From: Candidatus Latescibacterota bacterium | Lineage (GTDB): Bacteria; Latescibacterota; UBA2968 | Reading direction: 5' to 3' | DNA: 64,000 nt | NCBI GenBank assembly: GCA_965116885.1 | Contig: OZ220741.1 | Span: 4,992,001 to 5,056,000 of the forward strand | In this document: positions 9,973 to 19,724 of the stretch, piece by piece | Layout of the letters: each line of letters opens with the position of its first letter | Position numbering within the stretch: the stretch's first letter is position 1 | The notes under the pieces: generated by a model | Told to the model about the DNA's origin: nothing | Seen by the model: the letters and a program-made list of their open reading frames with translations, nothing else | The model's database searches: none | Position numbers and translations under genes: made by a program

Positions 9973-10266
9973 ATGGCTCAGATGATACAGTTGCAGAATA
10001 GTGATGAAACATTGCGCCGGATGGTCGAAACATGCCGGGACCAAAATGAAGCATGCGTAATCCAAGATAATCAGAATCGGCCTGTGGCGGTTATGATGCC
10101 CATTGAACGCTATGAGTCCTATCAGGCTTATCTGAAGCAGAAGGAAAAAAATTTTGCGATTCTCGATACAGTAGCTGAAGACCTTAAAAATTATGAACCT
10201 GATTTTATAGAGAGTCAGATCGAAAAAGCAGTACAAGAAGTAAAAGCCGAAGCTAAAAAGCAATAA
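9973..10266 (+). CDS. Phd/YefM-like antitoxin
   Basis: CVIQDNQNRPVAVMMPIERYE Phd-like motif; upstream of a PIN gene. Confidence 0.7.
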   Translation: MAQMIQLQNSDETLRRMVETCRDQNEACVIQDNQNRPVAVMMPIERYESYQAYLKQKEKNFAILDTVAEDLKNYEPDFIESQIEKAVQEVKAEAKKQ

Positions 10267-10281
10267 CAGGTAAGCTAATTT

Positions 10282-10734
10282 ATGCCCCGTGTTGTACTTG
10301 ATGTAAATGTTTTGGTGAGCAGTTTGATTAACCCCCGCGGTTCTACAGGCCAAATACAGAGTGCATGGCGGCGAGATGAAATCAGTGTGATTACCTCAAA
10401 GGCTATCATAACCAAAACTGAGGAAGTGTTACGTCGTCCTCACATTTTCGCCTTATTTCCTCCCACCAGAGCAGAGGCGCATATTCAAGGACTGCTCGCC
10501 TTGCTTCAAAACCAAACAATTCTCACGCCTCACGCGCTCAACCTGATGGTCATAGAAGATGATCCCGAGGATGATACCATTATTATCGCAGCAGTTGAGG
10601 GCAATGCGGATTGTATTGTTTCTGGTGATCGTCATCTTAGGAATTTGAAATCATATCAAGGTATCCCAATTCTATCACCTGCTGAATTTTTGGCACAGTA
10701 CAAGATCGAAAGCCCGAACAACCACAACAGCTAA
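10282..10734 (+). CDS. PIN-domain putative toxin (VapC-like)
   Basis: RVVLDVNVLVS, DPEDD and IVSGDRHL acidic motifs. Confidence 0.88.
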   Translation: MPRVVLDVNVLVSSLINPRGSTGQIQSAWRRDEISVITSKAIITKTEEVLRRPHIFALFPPTRAEAHIQGLLALLQNQTILTPHALNLMVIEDDPEDDTIIIAAVEGNADCIVSGDRHLRNLKSYQGIPILSPAEFLAQYKIESPNNHNS

Positions 10735-10748
10735 ATACAGGAGCGACC

Positions 10749-11420
10749 ATGGATGGCATTCACGACATGGGCGGGATGCATGGATTTGGTCCCATAGAGC
10801 GAGAAGAAAACGAACCCTTATTTCACCATCCCTGGGAAAGCCGGGTACTCGCCATATCCGTAGCCACACCTGTACCGATTCCCGGAGGCTCCCGCAACAA
10901 CATCGAAAACATGGACCCCGCGCACTACCTCTCATCCAGCTATTACGAAAAATGGCTGTATTCCCGTATCAAAGGACTAATCGACGCAGGCGTACTAACC
11001 CCGGAAGAAATGGAAACGCGGATGGCACTCTTCCGCAACAATCCCAATGCCGAACCCCCTGTACACCCCGACCCCGATGCCATCCGAGCAGAACTCGTGC
11101 GATCTCGTCCCGCTACCCCTCCTCAACAGAAAATGGACATCCAGCCACAATTTGCTAATGGCGACCGCATAAAAGCGCGCAATATCCACCCCGAGGGCCA
11201 CACCCGGCTCCCCCGATACGTAAGAGACAAATACGGCACCGTCACCAGTTACTATGGCATCTACAATCTCCAGGACGCCGAACTGCCCACAGGGTGTACA
11301 AATCGCCAGCAACCCTTATACGCCGTACGCTTTGAAGCCTCCGAACTATGGGGTAACGCTGCCGAAACAAAAAGTGCCGTCTATCTGGACATGTGGGAAA
11401 GCTATCTGGAACCCGTTTAA
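10749..11420 (+). CDS. nthB: Nitrile hydratase beta subunit
   Basis: MDGIHDMGGMHGFGP, SSYYEKW, GHTRLPRYVR and DMWESYLEP motifs. Confidence 0.95.
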   Translation: MDGIHDMGGMHGFGPIEREENEPLFHHPWESRVLAISVATPVPIPGGSRNNIENMDPAHYLSSSYYEKWLYSRIKGLIDAGVLTPEEMETRMALFRNNPNAEPPVHPDPDAIRAELVRSRPATPPQQKMDIQPQFANGDRIKARNIHPEGHTRLPRYVRDKYGTVTSYYGIYNLQDAELPTGCTNRQQPLYAVRFEASELWGNAAETKSAVYLDMWESYLEPV

Positions 11421-11447
11421 CCATCCCCAAGCACAAAAGGATTTTTT

Positions 11448-12041
11448 ATGAACACTGTTTCCCAAACCGACACTGCCCTGCGCACCAGAGCACTCGAATC
11501 GCTCCTGATCGAAAAGGGGTTGCTTACAACGGAGATTATAGACGAAATCGTAGAAAAATACGAAAAAGACGTAGGTCCTCTCAACGGCGCCAAAGTGGTT
11601 GCCCGCGCCTGGACCGACCCGGACTACAAGCGACGACTACTGGAGGATGGCAGAGCGGCTATTGCCGAACTGGGGTTTGACAGCGCGCAGGGAGCCAAAA
11701 TCGTCGTACTGGAAAACACATCAAGCGTCCACCACCTCGTCGTCTGCACCCTTTGCTCCTGTTATCCCTGGTCCGTGCTCGGCTTGCCTCCGAACTGGTA
11801 CAAATCCTACGCGTACCGCTCGCGTGCCGTACGAGAGCCAAGAGCCGTCTTGCGAGAATTCGACCTCGACCTACCCGATACCGTAGAAATCCGCGTCTGG
11901 GACAGCAACTCGGACCTCCGCTACATGGTCCTGCCCGAACGCCCTGCCGGCACAGAAGATCACACCGAAGAACAACTCATCTCACTTGTCACGCGCGACG
12001 CAATGATCGGCGTTGCCAAAATCGAATCGCCCTCAAAATGA
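11448..12041 (+). CDS. nthA: Nitrile hydratase alpha subunit, cobalt type
   Basis: [11 protein letters not shown] metal-binding motif; Thr and Tyr positions diagnostic of the Co type. Confidence 0.96.
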   Translation: MNTVSQTDTALRTRALESLLIEKGLLTTEIIDEIVEKYEKDVGPLNGAKVVARAWTDPDYKRRLLEDGRAAIAELGFDSAQGAKIVVLENTSSVHHLVVCTLCSCYPWSVLGLPPNWYKSYAYRSRAVREPRAVLREFDLDLPDTVEIRVWDSNSDLRYMVLPERPAGTEDHTEEQLISLVTRDAMIGVAKIESPSK

Positions 12042-12048
12042 GGCCGAA

Positions 12049-12393
12049 ATGACGCAAAAAACCGACAAAAAAATCGCCACTATGGACACGGAAATCGCCC
12101 TGCCCAGAGAAAATGGAGAACTCGTTTTTCAGGCTCCCTGGGAAGCGCGCGCTTTCGGCCTTGCTGTTGCACTCAACGAAAAAGACCTCTACGAATGGCG
12201 AGAGTTCAGTTCCCAATTGGCTTCGGAAATCGCGACAGCAGAACAAAACAACAATCCATCGAGCTACTATGCCCGATGGGTCGCTTCCCTCGAAGAACTG
12301 CTCATTGATAGAGGCTTGATCTGCCGGGAACAACTGGACGCCAGAACAGCGGAATACGCCATTCACGACGAGCACGATCATCACAATCACTAA
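12049..12393 (+). CDS. Nitrile hydratase accessory/activator protein (P14K/NhlE-like)
   Basis: PRENGELVFQAPWEARAFG and YYARWVASLE; His-rich tail HDEHDHHNH. Confidence 0.9.
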   Translation: MTQKTDKKIATMDTEIALPRENGELVFQAPWEARAFGLAVALNEKDLYEWREFSSQLASEIATAEQNNNPSSYYARWVASLEELLIDRGLICREQLDARTAEYAIHDEHDHHNH

Positions 12394-12539
12394 ATTCAAT
12401 TCGGGGAATACCTTCTCTGGAATTAGACAATCGGAAATGTAACTTGATTTTGTTGAGGTGACGTTTTACATTATAGAAAAGGTCGAGCCAAGGCCGATTT
12501 TCCTTTTGAGCGATTGGGTGTACGTGGGAGAGAAACACC

Positions 12540-12782
12540 ATGCAGATGCCAAGTCTTGAAAGTCGCGTTGCCAGTTTGGAAGCCGTCCAGGCGCAAATCA
12601 ATGAGCGTTTGGGCAATATCGAGCACGGTCAACGCGATCTGGCAAAAAGTGTTGAGCAAGGCTTTGCCGAAGTGCGTCGCAACGCCAGATCAGATTTTCG
12701 CTGGCTTCTCGGCATCCTGATCAGCACGCAGCTTACCACGCTTATCACCCTCGGCACGCTCATCTTGGTCAAACTTGGATAA
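12540..12782 (+). CDS. Small coiled-coil protein with a C-terminal TM helix (DUF1640/XhlA-like)
   Basis: LESRVASLEA heptads followed by DFRWLLGIL and a TM helix; GGAG RBS. Confidence 0.6.
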   Translation: MQMPSLESRVASLEAVQAQINERLGNIEHGQRDLAKSVEQGFAEVRRNARSDFRWLLGILISTQLTTLITLGTLILVKLG

Positions 12783-12840
12783 ACAAAAAGGGCTTCTCGA
12801 ATGATGTAATCGGGCAGTTCCGCAACCAAAAACAACGCAG

Positions 12841-12874
12841 AAGGGTTACGTCGAGGTGCACGTAACCCTTTTTT
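12841..12874. terminator. Hairpin/terminator, copy A
   Basis: AAGGGTTACG-TCGAGGTGCA-CGTAACCCTT followed by a T-run; lies between convergent ORFs. Confidence 0.7.
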
Positions 12875-12910
12875 CATTTTAGCCGCTAACTGTGACCGCT
12901 TATTTTTTTA

Positions 12911-13321
12911 TCAGTTAATTTTTCCAGCCTGAAATTGCTCGAATAAAATTTCCTCTAATCGACATTTTAAGGTTCTGGGTTTGAGAAAGAGCTGTTTTTC
13001 TTCTTTGGGTGGACAGGTACCCACAGGTACTGCATGTGCAAGCCGTGTGAACTTGTACTCTACGCCTTCAAGTTGAAATTGGTAATTCTCAAGCTGGGCG
13101 TATAATGTGAGCAGCGCAGGCCAATCGCGATAATTTTCTCCGTACAGATCAACGAAAAAAGGGTATTTGATATCCCGTTCCAGCTTCAAATGCCAATTGA
13201 ATCCCCACGCGGGATTTTGGAGTAACACACCCCATATTTCCTCCCGTTCAGAATGCGTAAAGTACGTGTTCGTGTACCAGATAAAGCCCAGCCAGCACCT
13301 GCCACCTGACCTTTCATACAT
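12911..13321 (-). CDS. Hypothetical protein, possibly 5'-truncated
   Basis: 136-aa ORF with protein-like composition but no obvious RBS; only 19 nt from the divergent start codon. Confidence 0.35.
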   Translation of the reverse strand: MYERSGGRCWLGFIWYTNTYFTHSEREEIWGVLLQNPAWGFNWHLKLERDIKYPFFVDLYGENYRDWPALLTLYAQLENYQFQLEGVEYKFTRLAHAVPVGTCPPKEEKQLFLKPRTLKCRLEEILFEQFQAGKIN

Positions 13322-13340
13322 CTATTGGAGAGTTAACGTC

Positions 13341-14363
13341 ATGCGGTCTCTAAAAAAATTACTGTTTTTCGCTTTCGTGGCAATGTCACCTACTCTGTCC
13401 ACGAATGAATCAACGGCCAACCAGGTATCTTTCGATAGCCCATCGCTTGTCATTGAGGCCAAAGTGGGCACCCAACCCGGACAGTTTGGTATCAGTTTCG
13501 CACCTGAAGGAGGTGGGTGGTACTATCCGACAGACTTTACAATTGACACCAGCGGATCGATTTGGGTGCTGGATACCAGGAATGACCGGGTTCAAAAGTT
13601 CGACCAGAATGGACAGTTCAAATTCGCAGTCACACTTTCGCAGCACTATAAGAGTATCAAAACCCATCCTTCTGGCAATGTGATTGTTGGATATCCAAGT
13701 TCAAATAATCCCACTCTCCTCTTTTTGAATTCCAAAGGTGAGGAGATAAAAAAAATTAGCCTCCCAGGTATAGGAGGATCAGGCGACTTTGGCGTTGACA
13801 AATCAGGACAGATCTTATATTCAGATGCCGGAAACCTCTTAATTCTAAACGAGTCTGGGGAGACGATTCGTGTAATACCGAATGCTTCGAGGCTACTTGA
13901 GAACGCTAATTTTTATGCGAGCTATCTCATTACCGGATCATCCCGAAATGCGACTGGTACTTTTCAAAAGTTCGATGATACGCGGAGCCAGATGGATGAC
14001 TGGATAGCGTTCACACCCGAGAAACCGTCATCGTTATCCTTCCAGGCAAAAGCCATTGCGGTTCTCCCATTTGGCAAGAACGAGGTATTCGTTCGATGGC
14101 TAATCAATAGAAACCCCAGAAAAGAGTTTATTACCCTGCACAACCTTCAGGGAAACGTTTTGAGCACCCCACCCAACTGTCCAATTGATTCATTCCCTGA
14201 CAAACCATATGGGAGCTTCTTGTTTCGTGTAGATAAGGATGGAAACTTCTACCAGATGGAGATTGTTCTTCCAGGACATCGATACGAACATCTAAGCTGG
14301 CATTACCCTCCCAGTAGTTCTGTGACCTTCTTGCGCATCTGGAAATGGAACCGAACTAAATAA
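13341..14363 (+). CDS. Secreted NHL-repeat/beta-propeller protein
   Basis: Signal peptide; YPTDFTIDTSGSIWVLDTRNDRVQKFDQNGQF NHL repeat; GGAG RBS. Confidence 0.78.
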   Translation: MRSLKKLLFFAFVAMSPTLSTNESTANQVSFDSPSLVIEAKVGTQPGQFGISFAPEGGGWYYPTDFTIDTSGSIWVLDTRNDRVQKFDQNGQFKFAVTLSQHYKSIKTHPSGNVIVGYPSSNNPTLLFLNSKGEEIKKISLPGIGGSGDFGVDKSGQILYSDAGNLLILNESGETIRVIPNASRLLENANFYASYLITGSSRNATGTFQKFDDTRSQMDDWIAFTPEKPSSLSFQAKAIAVLPFGKNEVFVRWLINRNPRKEFITLHNLQGNVLSTPPNCPIDSFPDKPYGSFLFRVDKDGNFYQMEIVLPGHRYEHLSWHYPPSSSVTFLRIWKWNRTK

Positions 14364-14406
14364 GGCATTCATTGGCCTAAGATGCTCTGATATCATCATA
14401 ATTGGC

Positions 14407-14442
14407 AAGTTGCCCTGCTGGTACTACTCGGCAGGGCAACTT
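14407..14442 (+). terminator. Hairpin after the NHL gene
   Basis: AAGTTGCCCTGC...GCAGGGCAACTT, a 12-bp stem. Confidence 0.55.
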
Positions 14443-14558
14443 TCATGCAGATTCTCTCAGCCCGCACTGCTGCCCGAAACCGGGATTCTGTATCTCCAGG
14501 CAGCAACCACTGATCCGGTCCAGATACTCCGGCACGAGTGGACAAGGACAAAAGACAG

Positions 14559-14592
14559 AAAGGGTTACGCCACCTCGACGTAACCCTTTTTT
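14559..14592. terminator. Hairpin/terminator, copy B (loop inverted relative to copy A)
   Basis: AAAGGGTTACG-CCACCTCGA-CGTAACCCTTT followed by a T-run. Confidence 0.7.
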
Positions 14593-14600
14593 CTGTTAGC

Positions 14601-14700
14601 TATCTGTTTTTTACTCTTCATCTGCGAAAAACGCTCAAATGAACTGGCCTGGGAAGCGGCCAGTTGTACACCGCTCATTCGCGTTTTTTTCTGCGGATCC
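14601..14700 (-). repeat. ATCCGCAG repeat with nested palindromic insert (copy 3)
   Basis: Reverse complement aligns with 30754-30846; abuts the sulfatase stop codon. Confidence 0.8.
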
Positions 14701-16137
14701 TCAACGCTCTCGTCCCGACACAAACAAATCGTAAGAATTTGACTGCCAGCCGCCATCTTTTACAATACCATCATTTGTATCTCTCAGCCATTTGACCATG
14801 CGATCCTTCATGCGTCTGAGCACGTGTTTGTACCCCAACTTCGGCGCCAAATTGTGCAACTCCCCCGGATCACTCTCCAGATCGTAGAGTTCATCCTCGC
14901 TACACGGATTGTAGATATACTTCCACTTTTGGGTCTGCACCATCCGAATCGTACACAGCGCAGGCTCGTACCCGTGATGCTCGGCAAAAATATCCTCCCG
15001 CCAATCCGGCGGCGTTTCCCCGCGCAATAAGGGCAGCAGAGAACACCCATCGACCTTATCGGGAATATCCACACCCGCCATCTCGAGAAACGTCGGCATC
15101 ATATCGACCAAACTCACAAAATCATCGCAAACACTACTGGGTTCAACAACACCCGGCCAACGGATCGCCAATGGAATCTGGTGCGTCTCGTTATACATAT
15201 TCATCATCTTGTTAAACAAGCGGTGACTGCCCAGCATATCGCCGTGATCCGAACTGTACACAATCACCGTATTGTCCAGTTGACCCACTTCCTCTAAAGC
15301 ATCCAGAACGCGCCGCACCTGATCATCGATAAACGTGCAATATCCCCAATAGGTCGCGATCACCTTCTGCCAATCGGGCCAGGTCAAATGGCTGGCATTC
15401 CATCGGAGCATCTCCTTTTGCTGAACACTCGGTTTATCGACAAACTGCTCGTCGAAATTGATCCAGCGCGCCACAGTATCGGGATCGTACATCTCATCAT
15501 AGGGTTCCGGCACACAATAGGGAAAATGCGGACCAAAAAAACTGCTGCAAATCATAAAGGGTTTATCGCCCTCACAAAATCCTTCAATCAGATCAATTGT
15601 CCTATCCGCAGTCCAGTGCTCCTGCATATACTCGGCGGGCAACTGCGATCGACCACAAAAAGGCGCGTCACCTCCCCATTCCATGCGCTGAACCTCCTGA
15701 GCATATCCCCAATCAAAACCCGCATCGCGCACACTCTGGTTCCAATCACGCGCCCTATGCCACGGGTCAAACCCCCAAAACTCGCTATCGCCCTCCCTGG
15801 GCAAATGCCACTTGCCCACATAACCAACACCATAACCCGCGTCAGATAAAATCTGCGGATACGCGGGCTTATCCAGAATATTTAAATCAAAAGCCCGATT
15901 AAAATTGCCCATATTCGATAACTGCCCGTGATTGTGCGGAAACATCCCCGTAAGCAGCGATCCGCGCGCAGGAGAACAAAGGGCAATGGGCGTATAAGCC
16001 CGGCAAAAACGCATGCCCTCTCTGGCAATGCGATCAATCGCTGGCGTCTTACACACTGTATTGCCATTAAACCCCAGCGCATCGTAGCGCTGCATATCGG
16101 TAAGCAAAAAAAGGATATTGGGTCTCTTCGTATTCAT
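14701..16137 (-). CDS. Sulfatase (formylglycine-dependent, choline-sulfatase-like)
   Basis: RPNILFLLTD, CSPARGSLLTG, GKWHL, SDHGD and ELYDLESDPGE motifs. Confidence 0.93.
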   Translation of the reverse strand: MNTKRPNILFLLTDMQRYDALGFNGNTVCKTPAIDRIAREGMRFCRAYTPIALCSPARGSLLTGMFPHNHGQLSNMGNFNRAFDLNILDKPAYPQILSDAGYGVGYVGKWHLPREGDSEFWGFDPWHRARDWNQSVRDAGFDWGYAQEVQRMEWGGDAPFCGRSQLPAEYMQEHWTADRTIDLIEGFCEGDKPFMICSSFFGPHFPYCVPEPYDEMYDPDTVARWINFDEQFVDKPSVQQKEMLRWNASHLTWPDWQKVIATYWGYCTFIDDQVRRVLDALEEVGQLDNTVIVYSSDHGDMLGSHRLFNKMMNMYNETHQIPLAIRWPGVVEPSSVCDDFVSLVDMMPTFLEMAGVDIPDKVDGCSLLPLLRGETPPDWREDIFAEHHGYEPALCTIRMVQTQKWKYIYNPCSEDELYDLESDPGELHNLAPKLGYKHVLRRMKDRMVKWLRDTNDGIVKDGGWQSNSYDLFVSGRER

Positions 16138-16138
16138 A

Positions 16139-17392
16139 TCAACCTCCTGTATGTCTATCCCTCCGAAAACAAATCCAAAACAGCAGTGCCCCCATCCCCG
16201 TGAACACTGCCCCGGTTAGAAAAAGACTCGAATACCCCGCAACTGGAATCATATACCCACCGCCCAGAGCCATTGCCGAATAGCCCAACCCCGACATCAT
16301 AGCAGTCGCACCCGACATCGCTGTACGCCAGCGCACGGGCACCAATTCCTGGTGAAAAATGGCAAAAGCCGAGCGCCGTATCGAAGCCATCCCCATAATC
16401 CCCATCAGACAAATCCCCGCAACAATCCAATTTGAGACCAGCGCCATAAGAAATAAAAAAAGAGCTGTAACAACCGTTACCAGAACCACCGTCCGACGAA
16501 TGCCAAAACGAGCAGAAAAAAACGGGAGAGACAGCGCAGCCGGAACAGCGAGCAACTGTCCCGCGGCGAGTTGCACACTAATCAGAGAAAGACTGATACT
16601 GAGTCCCTTATCCATATAAACATTAAAAAATGTTCGCGCAGCCGCTTCGCCTGCAACGTGGAGAACAGAAATCAGCGAAGTAATCACAATAGCCGCAAGA
16701 GGAAGCGCAGGCGCATTGGAAACATCGCCATTATCCCCCAGTTCCCGCTTGCGTCCAACCCGAACATCCTGCGTGGCGAGCAGCGCGAAAACCGCCGGAA
16801 TCAGACAGAGCACCCCAATAAACAGCGTATAGCGATAAACAACTGGCTCTGCAAGTGAAACATTGAGCACACCTGCCAAATAATCCGGAACAACGCCCCC
16901 CAACATACTCCCGACAAAACCCGAAAATGGCATCAGCGCGGCTTGCACGGCAAAAACCGGGTCGCGCTCAACCGAACCGGTAATGCCCATCAAATAAGGC
17001 GTGCCATTCACAATAAACAGCGCAATACCCATCACACCCAGCGAATAAGATATTAAAATAAAATAATCGCGCGGGCTGCCGGAAGAAATCAACTCCGCCT
17101 GTGAAAGCAATCCAAAACCCACCACAGACACACAAATCCCAACAACCATCGTAAACCGACTGCCCCAGCGTCCCCCCAGCATCCCGCTGGGCAAACTGGA
17201 CAGGGCAAAACAAAGTGCTCCCGTGGCATTGGCCAATCCCACAAATTCGGTATTATACCCCAGGCGCAACAAATAGAGATTGTATAAAAGAGGATAAATA
17301 CCACCAAAAAGGACAAAACCAAACAGCGCATTAGCCATTAAATAAAGGCGCACGTCGCGGGAAAAATGCACATTTGAAAAAGGGATCGGCAT
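16139..17392 (-). CDS. MFS transporter
   Basis: About 12 TM helices; GMLGGRWGSR motif A. Confidence 0.88.
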   Translation of the reverse strand: MPIPFSNVHFSRDVRLYLMANALFGFVLFGGIYPLLYNLYLLRLGYNTEFVGLANATGALCFALSSLPSGMLGGRWGSRFTMVVGICVSVVGFGLLSQAELISSGSPRDYFILISYSLGVMGIALFIVNGTPYLMGITGSVERDPVFAVQAALMPFSGFVGSMLGGVVPDYLAGVLNVSLAEPVVYRYTLFIGVLCLIPAVFALLATQDVRVGRKRELGDNGDVSNAPALPLAAIVITSLISVLHVAGEAAARTFFNVYMDKGLSISLSLISVQLAAGQLLAVPAALSLPFFSARFGIRRTVVLVTVVTALFLFLMALVSNWIVAGICLMGIMGMASIRRSAFAIFHQELVPVRWRTAMSGATAMMSGLGYSAMALGGGYMIPVAGYSSLFLTGAVFTGMGALLFWICFRRDRHTGG

Positions 17393-17403
17393 TGGTCAGT
17401 TTC

Positions 17404-18618
17404 TTAATTCTTAATTCTTAATTGCTTTTCCCATGCCGCGGGCAGATTGCCTTGCAGGAGTTCGCTTTTCATGCGGATATGTACAGTATCTCGATCTGCT
17501 GCATGTGCGGCCCAGAAAGTACTATCTCGCGTTGTCGCTTCTGGCAGAATCACAATTTCCGGTGCTTCAAAAATTGCGGGTGGCAAATCCGTATTGAGAT
17601 CATAGCGATAGCAACGCGTTGTCGCTTGCGCGGTATAATCGCGTGTCTTAATCGTACAAATTTGACGCTCGGGCAACCAGTACTCGTTGAGATACCGCGT
17701 ATTTTGCTGATAAACCTGCCAGTGATCTATGCCGCGCAATTGCAAAAGAGCGGGAAAATTGAGACGCAGATCATAGCCCACAAGCGAAAAGTCATCGCGG
17801 GCGATCCATATATCGCCGAGCAGCCCCGGCTCATTCCCGTGCCGCGGTGACACACCAATACGCGAAACGTGAAGATCGCCCACCTGCACCGTAGAAATGC
17901 GTTCATAGTGGTAGTGTTCAAGCGCGGCGGACGACAGGGGATGCGGCGCGATTTCAAAGGATTTATCATCTACAATACCCCGTGCAGGGCTTTGCGTAAG
18001 CCCTGGGGAAACACTCAACCGCCACTTGCCCCAATTGCGTATGCCCGTAATATGCTGTGCGAGGCTATCGGGGGATTGATAGTAGCCTTTGATTGTGTAC
18101 TCAATACCCGCAACAATGTCCTCTGTTCTGTGATGGATCACCTTTTGACTGCTATACGCATCAAAGGCGTAAGTATGCATATTCACATGAGATGTGTGGA
18201 GATATTCGAAGCGCGTGCTCGCAATCAGGCGGCGGATTAGCTCGGGTGCGGAGAGGTCCTGTACTGTGGTTTCCTCCCGCAGGAGTATAGGGATGGGTAA
18301 AAGTGAAAGTTTTAGTGTGGAGATCAGACCGAGCGAAAGCACGAGGGTTGTGTCCGACGGGGTATAACCGTGGTGGCGTGCCTGAATGCGGATCCCCCCC
18401 GGCGCGAGTCCTTCTATCTCAATACGCCCGTGCAGGTCGGTAATATAAACGCGGGGCAATTCGCTCGCTCGGCGGATAACAACGGTGGCATAAGGCAGGC
18501 TCGCACCGGTATCGGCATCGCGGCACTGCACGTCGAGAACAGATGTCGAGTCAGTCTGGGCAGATGAGATTGAAGGCCAGAGGAAAGCAGAAAAAAAAAG
18601 AGGCAAAAAGCGGATCAT
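17404..18618 (-). CDS. Secreted protein with a carboxypeptidase regulatory-like domain (DUF5686-like)
   Basis: Signal peptide, DADTGASLPYATV...TDLHG...HHGY, HPLSSAALEHYHY and RDSTFW motifs; ATGA overlap with the upstream gene. Confidence 0.65.
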   Translation of the reverse strand: MIRFLPLFFSAFLWPSISSAQTDSTSVLDVQCRDADTGASLPYATVVIRRASELPRVYITDLHGRIEIEGLAPGGIRIQARHHGYTPSDTTLVLSLGLISTLKLSLLPIPILLREETTVQDLSAPELIRRLIASTRFEYLHTSHVNMHTYAFDAYSSQKVIHHRTEDIVAGIEYTIKGYYQSPDSLAQHITGIRNWGKWRLSVSPGLTQSPARGIVDDKSFEIAPHPLSSAALEHYHYERISTVQVGDLHVSRIGVSPRHGNEPGLLGDIWIARDDFSLVGYDLRLNFPALLQLRGIDHWQVYQQNTRYLNEYWLPERQICTIKTRDYTAQATTRCYRYDLNTDLPPAIFEAPEIVILPEATTRDSTFWAAHAADRDTVHIRMKSELLQGNLPAAWEKQLRIKN

Positions 18619-19706
18619 TGTTTTTTGCCGCGCGCGAGAATATCCCACACGACTTCTACGCGATCATTGCGCGTACCGTAGATCTGATCGTGCAAAAATA
18701 CGGTCATGTCGGAATACCCGGAAATAAATTGAATTTTATCGCCAATCTTTAGCTCACTATGCGTCAGGCTGAGCAAAGCGTGTTCTGCCGCCAGGCCCGT
18801 TACGACAACATCTGTTCGGTCTTTGACCTCGGGCAATGAAGGGTGGCTGCTCGTTGTCTTGCGTCCGGCATCGGCAACCGCGCGGTCGGGAGCCGCGCGA
18901 CTGATAACCGTGGTCAACACGGAAAGTGCGTGTTCCAAACCGCGAACATGGAGTCCATCGCGATAATAAGTATCCATAAAAATGCCCCCGCCAGCCTGTA
19001 TCTCAGTAATGCCGGGAAAATCGGGGGTAAACGCGAGCGTGCCCGTCCCCCCCGCACTGACGATACCCACGCGCAACCCCGCATCCTCAATGAGATTGCG
19101 CGTCTTTGACAATTCTCCCACAGCCTTCCTGCATGCGGCTTCTTTGGCGGCATTATCCAGAGCCATTGCGTGCCCCTCATAACCCATAATCCCCGCAAAA
19201 ACCACACCGGGCGCGGCATCAGCCTCCTGTGCCAGCGCGAGAGTTGGATCACCCGGCGGCACGCCACAGCGTTTCATGCCGACATCTACCTCAACAAGCA
19301 CGCGCACGTTGACGCCAACATCTGTAGCCGCGTCACTTATCGCGCGGATATGAACGGGATCATCAACCGCCACCATAACATCTGCGCGGCGGCGCAGGTT
19401 GACCAGACGCGCGACTTTTTCTCGCCCAACAACTTGATTGGCGACGAGTATATCCGAAATGCCGGCGTCTGCCAGCACTTCGGCTTCACCGAGTTTGGCA
19501 CAGGTAATGCCAATAGCACCTGCGCGCAGTTGTTTGTGGGCAATAGCGGGCGTTTTATGACCCTTCGCATGGGGCCGCCAGTGCAACCCGCTGTCTCGAC
19601 ATCGAGCCGCCATCTTCTGGATATTATTATCCATCTTATCCAGATCAATGAGCAGCGCGGGCGTATCGAGTACCTGTATGGATTGACCAATCGGAGAATA
19701 GGGCAT
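18615..19706 (-). CDS. DSD1/D-threonine aldolase family PLP enzyme (alanine racemase fold)
   Basis: LDTPALLIDL, WRPHAKGHK, VGMKRCG, GIMGYEGH and TEIQAG motifs. Confidence 0.9.
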   Translation of the reverse strand: MPYSPIGQSIQVLDTPALLIDLDKMDNNIQKMAARCRDSGLHWRPHAKGHKTPAIAHKQLRAGAIGITCAKLGEAEVLADAGISDILVANQVVGREKVARLVNLRRRADVMVAVDDPVHIRAISDAATDVGVNVRVLVEVDVGMKRCGVPPGDPTLALAQEADAAPGVVFAGIMGYEGHAMALDNAAKEAACRKAVGELSKTRNLIEDAGLRVGIVSAGGTGTLAFTPDFPGITEIQAGGGIFMDTYYRDGLHVRGLEHALSVLTTVISRAAPDRAVADAGRKTTSSHPSLPEVKDRTDVVVTGLAAEHALLSLTHSELKIGDKIQFISGYSDMTVFLHDQIYGTRNDRVEVVWDILARGKKQ

Positions 19707-19724
19707 GATAAACCTTTAACTTTC

